This document shows, in pieces, positions 17,339 to 24,077 of a stretch of DNA of 26,290 nucleotides. The notes below the pieces were generated by a model that had not been told where the DNA came from, did no database searches, and saw only the letters and a program-made list of their open reading frames with translations. The translations under genes and the position numbers were made by a program. The stretch's first letter is position 1, and the number at the start of each line of letters is the position of its first letter. The stretch lies in IMG/VR virus record IMGVR_UViG_3300025699_000047, positions 1 through 26,290 of that record; one strand, written 5' to 3'. This DNA is from a virus. Its lineage: Duplodnaviria; Caudoviricetes.

Positions 17339-18965
17339 CTGACTTTACCTCAGTTAATCTACCAGTATCAATGTCATATCTTAAATCACAACAAGGACCA
17401 GTTATACCTGAGAATCTATTCTTTAATACTCTTATCCTAGTAGTGTTCCTAACTTCAGGGTCATCGTTCTGTGCGTCTCTCTCAAGCCCAATAACCATGT
17501 CACTTAGCTGTCCTATACTAGCTGAACCTCTTAATTGTGATAAAGAAGTTGATGCTCCCTCTTCATGTCCTTTACCTTCAGGTCTTCTAAGGTGTGATAC
17601 AACTATCATAGATACCCCTGTCTCTTGAACAAGTGTTCTAAGTCTAGTCATAATTTCATCCAATGCTCTTCTCTCATCACCATGTTGTTGGTCTGATACA
17701 ATAATACTTATATGGTCAATGACTATATACTTACAATCTAAACCTTTAGCTAAGAACCTAACTCTTGAAACAATATTATCAATAGAGTTAGAACCAAAAT
17801 GGTCAAACATAAATACTCTACCAGTACCTACTGTTGCATCAAAGTAAGTTTTCATTTCTTCTTTACTAACATGAACATCTGGTAAGTGTAATCTTTGATT
17901 AGCTTCAACACTCATCAAACCTTTTGAAGTTATAACTGGTGTCTCCTCTAACATTAACAAACCAATTTTATCTTCAGTTGATTTTATAATGTGATGTACT
18001 ACCTCTCTCATTACTTGTGTCTTACCTAGTCCAGACCCTGCTGTAAAGGTAACTAACTCTGAAGGTCTTAGTCCATAAGTAATTTTATTTAAACCTTCAA
18101 ATGGATACTGAACAAATGATTTAGTAATTGGTTTTAGTACAGCATCTAATAGTGTATTAGCATTTATAATTCCATCTGGTGCAAATACTTTAGCATCCCA
18201 AAATGTTTTATTATATATTTGTATTTTATTTTTTGTTAAACAATCTGAAGCATCTTTAAATCCTTCAGGTAAATGCATAACCTTACATTTTCCTGGTGAA
18301 AATAACTCTGCAACTTTCATTGCACCTACTCTACCTTGTTCATCATTATCAAAATTTATAATGACATTATCAAAATTATTTTCTAACCATTCTAAACTTG
18401 TCTTAATATCTTTTACTGCTGAAGAGATACCATTCTTAATACTAACTACTGGTGTGTGGTAGTTTCCTTTTAACATCATCTGATAAGCTGATAAACAATC
18501 TAACTCACCTTCAGTTATTATACAGTATTTATTTTTAGAAAAAAGATGTTCACCAAACAGCCCAGAGTTTTTTGTATTACCTTGTATACTAAACTCTTTT
18601 AGCTTTGTGTATCTAGTCTTAGTCGCAATCTTTGCACCTTGCGTATCGTGATATGGATAGTAATGGTTTGTTATAGTACCCATGTTATCCATCTTAACTG
18701 TCACTCCAAACTTCTTACAAGTTTGTTCTGAAATATTTCTATCTATAATTTCTGCATAGTTAGAATCTTTCATATAATCTTTTACTTCATACTCATTATT
18801 ACTATTCGTTGTTGGTTGTAATTCCATATCGTATTCCCTTATGTATTCTTGACAGGAAAAACAATAAGCAGAGTTGTCTGCATTCACAGATACTGCATCA
18901 CTACTTGAACATAGTGGACAGGGTAAGTGAAACTTTACAAATCCATTTTTATTTATTTCTTCCAT
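17328..18965 (-). CDS. T7 gp4-like DNA primase-helicase
   Basis: Zn finger CPLC...CFSC; TOPRIM ITEGELD and FDNDEQG, KDASD; Walker A AGSGLGKT; IVIDHISI, VSHLRR, LRGSASIGQLSD, KNRFSG; acidic-Phe tail SDDF. Confidence 0.96.
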   Translation of the reverse strand: MEEINKNGFVKFHLPCPLCSSSDAVSVNADNSAYCFSCQEYIREYDMELQPTTNSNNEYEVKDYMKDSNYAEIIDRNISEQTCKKFGVTVKMDNMGTITNHYYPYHDTQGAKIATKTRYTKLKEFSIQGNTKNSGLFGEHLFSKNKYCIITEGELDCLSAYQMMLKGNYHTPVVSIKNGISSAVKDIKTSLEWLENNFDNVIINFDNDEQGRVGAMKVAELFSPGKCKVMHLPEGFKDASDCLTKNKIQIYNKTFWDAKVFAPDGIINANTLLDAVLKPITKSFVQYPFEGLNKITYGLRPSELVTFTAGSGLGKTQVMREVVHHIIKSTEDKIGLLMLEETPVITSKGLMSVEANQRLHLPDVHVSKEEMKTYFDATVGTGRVFMFDHFGSNSIDNIVSRVRFLAKGLDCKYIVIDHISIIVSDQQHGDERRALDEIMTRLRTLVQETGVSMIVVSHLRRPEGKGHEEGASTSLSQLRGSASIGQLSDMVIGLERDAQNDDPEVRNTTRIRVLKNRFSGITGPCCDLRYDIDTGRLTEVKSDDF

Positions 18966-18990
18966 AGTCGCCCTTATGATTAATTAATTC

Positions 18991-19030
18991 AAAAAAAAAG
19001 AAGCCGACTCTACTACAAGCCGACTTCTTT
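18991..19030 (-). terminator. Intrinsic terminator between ssb and primase-helicase
   Basis: Minus-strand RNA GAAGUCGGCU-UGUAGUAG-AGUCGGCUUC forms a 10-bp stem (two G-U pairs), followed by U9. Confidence 0.8.
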
Positions 19031-19084
19031 CAGGAGTAAAAAATGATGACACACTATATGTCCTTCACTTTGTGAGATGTTATA

Positions 19085-19537
19085 CTAAAAATCTTCCTTG
19101 ATGTCAACACCTGCACCATTAGAAGTTTCAATATCAAAATCTTCTTTAGGTGTATACTCGATTAAGTCCATGACTTGTACAGCTTGTAAGTCCAAGCCCT
19201 TTCCCTTCTTACCTTTGAAGTTCCAGTCATAAGGTCTGTACATTACTTTAACCTTACTACCATTACCAACTATTTTATCGAGTGGTTGTTTAGCACCATC
19301 AACTAATGTTGGTTGTGTATTCTTATCACCATTAGCTTTAGATACTTTTCTTTTAAATCTAACTATGTTAGATATTGTTTGCTCATCAATTACAGTTTCC
19401 CCAACAGAGATTCCTTGACTTCTAAAGTCTTCTGCTGTTGCGTCATCAACTGCTAAATCAATTCTCCACATAGGTTCAAACTTTTCGTTTGGTCGTGTCA
19501 GAGAAGCCCAGTAAGCTGTGCCTTCAATTATTGCCAT
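19085..19537 (-). CDS. Single-stranded DNA-binding protein (T7 gp2.5-like OB fold)
   Basis: IEGTAYWA..., VGNGSKVKV, LDLQAVQVMDLIEY motifs; acidic tail ending in Phe (IKEDF); upstream of primase-helicase; AAGGA RBS. Confidence 0.85.
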   Translation of the reverse strand: MAIIEGTAYWASLTRPNEKFEPMWRIDLAVDDATAEDFRSQGISVGETVIDEQTISNIVRFKRKVSKANGDKNTQPTLVDGAKQPLDKIVGNGSKVKVMYRPYDWNFKGKKGKGLDLQAVQVMDLIEYTPKEDFDIETSNGAGVDIKEDF

Positions 19538-19567
19538 ATGTATTTTCCTTTATTGTTATTGTTATTA

Positions 19568-19654
19568 TTAAAATGGTAGTAAACCCCATACCTTTTGTGC
19601 GTAAATAAAAGTATATGTTCCTATCACTTTTGTTTTATATATTAACCAAGACAT
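19568..19654 (-). CDS. 28-aa hydrophobic/aromatic micropeptide (not in ORF track)
   Basis: MSWLIYKTKVIGTYTFIYAQKVWGLLPF*; AAGGA RBS 6 nt upstream. Confidence 0.55.
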   Translation of the reverse strand: MSWLIYKTKVIGTYTFIYAQKVWGLLPF

Positions 19655-19690
19655 TATTGTCCTTTTTTGTTATTGTTAATTGTTATTGTT

Positions 19691-19719
19691 TTACTATCAT
19701 ATTTAATCATCGGTGTCAA
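19691..19719 (-). promoter_or_regulatory. Putative sigma70 promoter for the ssb unit
   Basis: TTGACA-17 nt-TAGTAA with TG extended -10; the -10 lacks the last T. Confidence 0.55.
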
Positions 19720-19984
19720 CACTTGGCTCAACTTTATTTTCAAGCATCTCTTCTATTTTCTTATCGATGTTTAATTTAATAGTTTGTTTCTTATTCAGTT
19801 TCTCTTGTAGGTCTGCTATCTTTGAACCCATCGAATGAACATCTGAATTAGCTTGTTCTAATTGTATTAGAATTTGTTTAATCTTACTATCTTTTTGTAC
19901 GATAGTATCATTTAGTTCTTGTTTCTCTTTTGTTAAATCAGAGATTGTAGATTTATATTCTTTTAATAAAGATTTATCTGTCAT
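19703..19984 (-). CDS. Coiled-coil hypothetical protein (93 aa)
   Basis: Heptad pattern throughout; ATGA coupling. Confidence 0.7.
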   Translation of the reverse strand: MTDKSLLKEYKSTISDLTKEKQELNDTIVQKDSKIKQILIQLEQANSDVHSMGSKIADLQEKLNKKQTIKLNIDKKIEEMLENKVEPSVDTDD

Positions 19985-20160
19985 TGTTTTAACTTCTTAG
20001 CATATACATATTCAGTTTTATTTTCATATTCTTCATAACAGTTATCACAAATCTTTGTGTTCCTATCTTGAATGTACCTTCTCATACTACCACCATGTTT
20101 ACTGCACTCACACTTATGGCAAGTGTCTTGAAAGTTTAATCCACCATCCATCATTCCCAT
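19981..20160 (-). CDS. Small zinc-finger protein (59 aa; not in ORF track)
   Basis: MGMMDGGLNFQDTCHKCECSKHGGSMRRYIQDRNTKICDNCYEEYENKTEYVYAKKLKQ*; two CxxC pairs; coupled at both ends. Confidence 0.75.
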   Translation of the reverse strand: MGMMDGGLNFQDTCHKCECSKHGGSMRRYIQDRNTKICDNCYEEYENKTEYVYAKKLKQ

Positions 20161-20294
20161 TAGTCTAACCCTACTACTATTTTTTTAATAATACTAACTG
20201 GTACATTTTTTTTATTTGGATTATTACTACATCCACTTAATAATATTACTGTAATAGTTAACAGCATTATAAATAAAATTAAATTTCTAAACAT
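20160..20294 (-). CDS. Small lipoprotein (44 aa; not in ORF track)
   Basis: MFRNLILFIMLLTITVILLSGC-SNNPNKKNVPVSIIKKIVVGLD*; signal peptide with lipobox LSGC. Confidence 0.75.
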   Translation of the reverse strand: MFRNLILFIMLLTITVILLSGCSNNPNKKNVPVSIIKKIVVGLD

Positions 20295-20296
20295 AA

Positions 20297-20395
20297 TTAT
20301 ATTATATTAAATGTTCCTAATACCATACATACTAATATGTAAAACATATAACCTAATAAACAATAACCTATTATTTTTTCGTATATGGTAAACAT
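20297..20395 (-). CDS. 32-aa single-pass membrane peptide (not in ORF track)
   Basis: MFTIYEKIIGYCLLGYMFYILVCMVLGTFNII*; TAATG overlap with upstream gene. Confidence 0.6.
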   Translation of the reverse strand: MFTIYEKIIGYCLLGYMFYILVCMVLGTFNII

Positions 20396-20781
20396 TATAT
20401 TGCTATACATCCTTCAGTAAATAATTCTTTAATAGGAATAACAACACACTTACTTGCTCTGTAATCTCCTATGCTTTTAGTATGTGTCTTCTTATATTTT
20501 TTAACTATCTTCTTTAGTCTTGATACTCTGAACACTAACATACAATGTTCTTTACCATTGAGTTCTAATATATGAAACCACCATTTAGATTCTGTCTTGT
20601 CTATTCCAGATGGTTTATCTCTATACTCATACTCAATAGCAATGTTGCCTGTCTTTCTCCACCATGCTCTCTCAGTTTTAATTTCTACTTTACTTCCTTT
20701 AAGTAAATCAGCTACTCTTTTTTCTCTTATCTGTCCATACTCTAAGTCTAAATCAAACTTAGTATTCTTTCCTGTTGCCAT
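20395..20781 (-). CDS. Putative PD-(D/E)XK restriction-like endonuclease fold protein (128 aa)
   Basis: FDLDLEYGQIRE...VEIKTE...TGNIAIEY...KPSGI; E-x-K motif; AGGAG RBS. Confidence 0.55.
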   Translation of the reverse strand: MATGKNTKFDLDLEYGQIREKRVADLLKGSKVEIKTERAWWRKTGNIAIEYEYRDKPSGIDKTESKWWFHILELNGKEHCMLVFRVSRLKKIVKKYKKTHTKSIGDYRASKCVVIPIKELFTEGCIAI

Positions 20782-21134
20782 TAGTATTGTATCTCCTGAT
20801 GAAAGCTACAAATATAATGAGTCAAAAACTTATTAAGATTTTTATTCTTAAATAGTTTTTTAGCATTAGCTTTATCTAACTGTTGAAACTTCCTGATTAT
20901 AAATGTTGGTTCTAAGTTTGCGTAATCGCATATCTCACAGAAGTGTGAGTCTTTTTTTGAAAACCAAGACCTTGCTTCTTGGATTATATTTTTTCTAGCA
21001 TTACCCCATGCATGAATATCTACATCCAATGCATCCATAATTGCTCTAACTATAACACTACGATACAATAAAATATCTGGTGTTATTGCTCTGCCTTCAC
21101 CTTGTCCTGAAGTTATACTACTGTTCAATATCAT
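20781..21134 (-). CDS. Conserved hypothetical helical protein (117 aa)
   Basis: LYRSVIVRAIMDA...ARSWF...FCEICDYANLEP pattern; ORF track. Confidence 0.7.
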   Translation of the reverse strand: MILNSSITSGQGEGRAITPDILLYRSVIVRAIMDALDVDIHAWGNARKNIIQEARSWFSKKDSHFCEICDYANLEPTFIIRKFQQLDKANAKKLFKNKNLNKFLTHYICSFHQEIQY

Positions 21135-21264
21135 ATTTCATTTTATCAAACACCTTGTTTAATAAAGACTTTTTATTCTGCTTTATAATCTTCGAATGAA
21201 ACTGTTTTGTTTGTAGACTTTTCGCTATTGGATTTCTGGATTTTATTTTTAAATGTTTCTTCAT
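21118..21264 (-). CDS. Basic 48-aa protein with RNPIAKSL...F.SKII motif, overlapping the upstream gene (not in ORF track)
   Basis: MKKHLKIKSRNPIAKSLQTKQFHSKIIKQNKKSLLNKVFDKMKYDIEQ*; bridges the gap 21135-21172. Confidence 0.5.
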   Translation of the reverse strand: MKKHLKIKSRNPIAKSLQTKQFHSKIIKQNKKSLLNKVFDKMKYDIEQ

Positions 21265-21439
21265 CAATCTCTTCTACTGTATGTCTACTATGTTTCACTT
21301 CTTTATTAATTATATTTGAATATGGACTCCAATTTATTTTCTCTTTAACTTGTGCTAATGTAGTACCTGAATTATAATAGTCTTCAACGCATACATCTAC
21401 ATTGACCCATGTTTTTTTTAAAAAGAATTTATTGCTCAT
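21173..21439 (-). CDS. Hypothetical protein (88 aa)
   Basis: ORF track; AGGA upstream; first gene after the promoter at 21511-21539. Confidence 0.7.
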   Translation of the reverse strand: MSNKFFLKKTWVNVDVCVEDYYNSGTTLAQVKEKINWSPYSNIINKEVKHSRHTVEEIDEETFKNKIQKSNSEKSTNKTVSFEDYKAE

Positions 21440-21510
21440 ATTGGTTTGTCCTGTCTATAAAGTTGTGTTGGATAAAAGGTTCTTGTCTTTTATTTAAAGA
21501 CAGTATATCT

Positions 21511-21539
21511 ATTATACAATATAACTTTTGCTTTAACAA
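21511..21539 (-). promoter_or_regulatory. Sigma70-type promoter
   Basis: TTGTTA-17 nt-TATAAT in an intergenic region; short hairpin TGTCTTT-AAATA-AAAGACA just downstream. Confidence 0.7.
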
Positions 21540-21625
21540 CCTCTCTAAAAAATAAATATTATCTAATAATATCAGTAGTTTAGAGGGTATCAGGTGTTGC
21601 CTTTCTAGTGTAAGTTGTATTAATA

Positions 21626-21841
21626 TTATGATGGTTGATGTCCTGTTTCTAAGAACACCTTCCATTCTTTTCTAAATGCAAAATCACATAAGTCAAACTG
21701 TGTCATTGCATCTTCTAAATCTATTGCATTAATAAATAAATGTACATTAGTTTTAATATTGTGAAACATATAAACATTATTGATACTATCAACTTCATGT
21801 CCACAATCTTCATGTGATTCTTTTTTCTTTTTCTTAGCCAT
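21626..21841 (-). CDS. Hypothetical protein (71 aa)
   Basis: AAGGAG RBS; TAATG coupling. Confidence 0.7.
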   Translation of the reverse strand: MAKKKKKESHEDCGHEVDSINNVYMFHNIKTNVHLFINAIDLEDAMTQFDLCDFAFRKEWKVFLETGHQPS

Positions 21842-22011
21842 TAGTATATCTCCTTTGATAATGACTTCATTACTTGTTCTTTGATAATTGATTTAACTTT
21901 TTTATTTCTAGTACCTCTACCAAATCCCATCACTTCAACATGAGTATCAAACCAATCACTACTTTCTTTTTCTCTATCTATTTTTTTCTTTATTGTTTTT
22001 CTTTTAGTCAT
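21841..22011 (-). CDS. Small basic hypothetical protein (56 aa, MTKRKTIKKK...)
   Basis: AAGGAG RBS and TGATG overlap favour ATG 22011 over the track start at 22080. Confidence 0.65.
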   Translation of the reverse strand: MTKRKTIKKKIDREKESSDWFDTHVEVMGFGRGTRNKKVKSIIKEQVMKSLSKEIY

Positions 22012-22226
22012 CAATCTATCTCCTTTATTATTTTTATTGACCTTGCTGTTGCAGGTATTCTTGTTATGTACCCTTTCCATTCTATGTATCCTATCATATT
22101 ATATACTACACTTTTTGATTTAACATTCATGTAATCTTTCATCTCTTCAAAACTAGGCATAATTTTTTTTTCTTCTTTATAAGATTCTAAAAATTTATAA
22201 AGCTTTAATTGTTTTGGTGTTAACAT
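22011..22226 (-). CDS. LexA-like winged-helix DNA-binding domain only, with no S24 peptidase domain (71 aa)
   Basis: MLTPKQ...PSFEEMK...SKSVVY.......KGYI.R....ARSI matches the LexA N-terminal domain; PSFxEMK and SKS are typical of alphaproteobacterial LexA; AAGGA RBS. Confidence 0.85.
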   Translation of the reverse strand: MLTPKQLKLYKFLESYKEEKKIMPSFEEMKDYMNVKSKSVVYNMIGYIEWKGYITRIPATARSIKIIKEID

Positions 22227-22235
22227 ATTTCCTTT

Positions 22236-22472
22236 CTAAAATGGAATACCATCATCATCTATATTATCTTTCTTTTCTAAATTTACATCATAGTAAAAAT
22301 TATAATCCATCGTTTGCTCAAAGCAATAGTATTGTATATGGTCATAGTCTTTACTATCCATCATAAGTTTAGCATAAGTGTTCGCATCTTTCCTTGTAGA
22401 AAATCCTCGTTCCATAATAAACTTATCACTATGGTCAAACTTACTCATCACTATATATTTTTTATCACTCAT
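22236..22472 (-). CDS. Hypothetical protein with SSB-like C-terminal tail DDDGIPF (78 aa)
   Basis: ORF track; ends KKDNIDDDGIPF. Confidence 0.7.
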   Translation of the reverse strand: MSDKKYIVMSKFDHSDKFIMERGFSTRKDANTYAKLMMDSKDYDHIQYYCFEQTMDYNFYYDVNLEKKDNIDDDGIPF

Positions 22473-22603
22473 TTCTTTTTCCTTTTTTTATGTTGACCCA
22501 TGTACCAATCTCCAGGCTCATAGTTCCATCGTTTACCATGATGTCCTCTGATATCAGCATACCACATTCGCAACCTTACTATTAATTTTTTTATAAACAT
22601 CAT
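22469..22603 (-). CDS. Small basic/aromatic protein (43-44 aa; not in ORF track)
   Basis: MMFIKKLIVRLRMWYADIRGHHGKRWNYEPGDWYMGQHKKRKKK*; ATGA overlap with next gene; starts directly after a -10 box. Confidence 0.7.
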   Translation of the reverse strand: MMFIKKLIVRLRMWYADIRGHHGKRWNYEPGDWYMGQHKKRKKK

Positions 22604-22606
22604 ACT

Positions 22607-22634
22607 ATTATAGCAGGTTTAAAAATAAAGTCAA
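22607..22634 (-). promoter_or_regulatory. Strong sigma70-type promoter upstream of the LexA-like unit
   Basis: TTGACT-16 nt-TATAAT with extended -10 (TGcTATAAT), filling a short intergenic gap. Confidence 0.8.
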
Positions 22635-22637
22635 GCA

Positions 22638-22940
22638 TTAATTTACTACCTTACTCTTACATAATCCATTATCAATTAAGAACATAGCTTGTCTTCCAAA
22701 CCAACCCTGTAATTGCCAACACATTCCAGTATCAATTAAATGTTGCCATGCTTTTAACTCTTCTTCAACTGTCTCTGCAGGTATATATCCTTCAGCTATA
22801 CCAACTGCTTCGTGTGTTTCCATTACTAACTCCTTTGTTAAATTTATTTGTTTATACTTTCTATAGTATTGTAGTTCAACTTTACTATTGAAAACTTTCT
22901 TACCAAAGATTGCATTCTTTATTCTAACTTTTCTACTCAT
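22638..22940 (-). CDS. Conserved hypothetical protein (100 aa)
   Basis: AWQHLIDTGMCWQLQGWFGRQA motif; ORF track. Confidence 0.75.
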   Translation of the reverse strand: MSRKVRIKNAIFGKKVFNSKVELQYYRKYKQINLTKELVMETHEAVGIAEGYIPAETVEEELKAWQHLIDTGMCWQLQGWFGRQAMFLIDNGLCKSKVVN

Positions 22941-23265
22941 AATGATTTAGTATTTGTGTAGCTGTAGCAATTCTTTTTTCAGTAGTTAAATAAGGAAGCA
23001 TTGATTGACAAGCTTCATAACATTCTTCGTTCAATACTACCCACATTTTTTGTGGTTTAGTTATTGTTCCTATAGCTGACACTCTTGGTTTCCTATCATA
23101 AACTTTACCTCCAAATAAATCATGTAAGATTTCTATTGGTGCAAAGTCTGTATTGCATACCTCTATTCGTATTCTTTTATATGGCTCTTGTTTGTATTGT
23201 ATGTATCCTTCACCATCTACAAAGCCACTCGCCCACTTAATCATACTGTCTATATTACTTATCAT
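22933..23265 (-). CDS. Free-standing single-motif LAGLIDADG endonuclease-like protein (110 aa)
   Basis: WASGFVDGEGYI helix, then IRIEVCNTD...LFGGKV and ...LPYL..K, the LAGLIDADG pattern. Confidence 0.8.
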   Translation of the reverse strand: MISNIDSMIKWASGFVDGEGYIQYKQEPYKRIRIEVCNTDFAPIEILHDLFGGKVYDRKPRVSAIGTITKPQKMWVVLNEECYEACQSMLPYLTTEKRIATATQILNHYE

Positions 23266-23431
23266 TCTTATCTCTCTCTATATCTTTAATCATATCAGCT
23301 ATCTCACCTTTGATATAAGTTAACTCATCTACTCCAAGCAACCCTGCTACTTGTATGATTGTTGCCATTCTTTTTTGTTGTAAGTTTCTATCTTTATTTC
23401 TATCAATCATTTCTAAATGTAGTTCATCCAT
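23255..23431 (-). CDS. Hypothetical protein (58 aa; not in ORF track)
   Basis: MDELHLEMIDRNKDRNLQQKRMATIIQVAGLLGVDELTYIKGEIADMIKDIERDKNDK*; TAATG coupling. Confidence 0.65.
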   Translation of the reverse strand: MDELHLEMIDRNKDRNLQQKRMATIIQVAGLLGVDELTYIKGEIADMIKDIERDKNDK

Positions 23432-23583
23432 TACTTATTACCTTTCATTTGTTTTAGTTTATCTTCTAATAGTACACCTATCATATCTAATTTACTTTGG
23501 TCTCTAGTATTCCAAGTGCTTTTATTCATATCTTGTATATCATACTTCCAACTCATCCAATCATTAATTATTTCTTGCATCAT
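23431..23583 (-). CDS. Hypothetical protein (50 aa; not in ORF track)
   Basis: MMQEIINDWMSWKYDIQDMNKSTWNTRDQSKLDMIGVLLEDKLKQMKGNK*; GAAGGA upstream. Confidence 0.65.
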   Translation of the reverse strand: MMQEIINDWMSWKYDIQDMNKSTWNTRDQSKLDMIGVLLEDKLKQMKGNK

Positions 23584-23695
23584 TCCTTCGTTCATACTTC
23601 TCCTTTAGTTTAATTGCAATAGAAAACAAACCTTTCTCCCTGCATTTTTTTATTATACATTTTAATCTAAATATAAATTGTGTTTTTCTATCCAT
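23564..23695 (-). CDS. Small basic hypothetical protein (43 aa, MDRKTQFIFRL...)
   Basis: Internal ATG giving an 8-nt overlap; the track start 23767 is an alternative. Confidence 0.5.
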   Translation of the reverse strand: MDRKTQFIFRLKCIIKKCREKGLFSIAIKLKEKYERRNDARNN

Positions 23696-24077
23696 GTTTT
23701 TTTGTACTTGCTCCTTGTCTTCTATATTTTTCTTCATAGTATTCTTCGTAATACTTTTCTTTCTCATTCCATCTTAATCTTAAATCATTACCACCTACTT
23801 TGTATACACCACACATCTCCATAACTTTAAAATCTTTCTTAAAGCATTGGGTCATACCATCAAACCTAACTATCCTACACCCATCATCTGTCCAATAACC
23901 TCCTCCCTCTTCATCTCCTGCATCCATAGTTTGATAAAAGAAATGATTTAATATTCTATACTCATGGTCATCACCTTCATGTCCTATATCTTCTAACTGT
24001 TGGTCATTGTATATATGTCTAAATGTATACTCATGCTCACCATTTTGTTCGTGAAATTCACACAACCAATACTTCAT
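23688..24077 (-). CDS. Acidic hypothetical protein (129 aa)
   Basis: AGGAG RBS; ATGA coupling. Confidence 0.75.
   Translation of the reverse strand: MKYWLCEFHEQNGEHEYTFRHIYNDQQLEDIGHEGDDHEYRILNHFFYQTMDAGDEEGGGYWTDDGCRIVRFDGMTQCFKKDFKVMEMCGVYKVGGNDLRLRWNEKEKYYEEYYEEKYRRQGASTKKHG

Noticed and set aside
15946-17628. ORFs 15946-16230 (-), 16213-16410 (+) and 17371-17628 (+)
   Set aside because: Internal to polymerase or primase-helicase in other frames; no independent support.
21429-21665. Minus-strand 78-aa ORF
   Set aside because: Runs through a promoter and two hairpins, overlaps both neighbours and has atypical composition; treated as non-coding, though not excluded.
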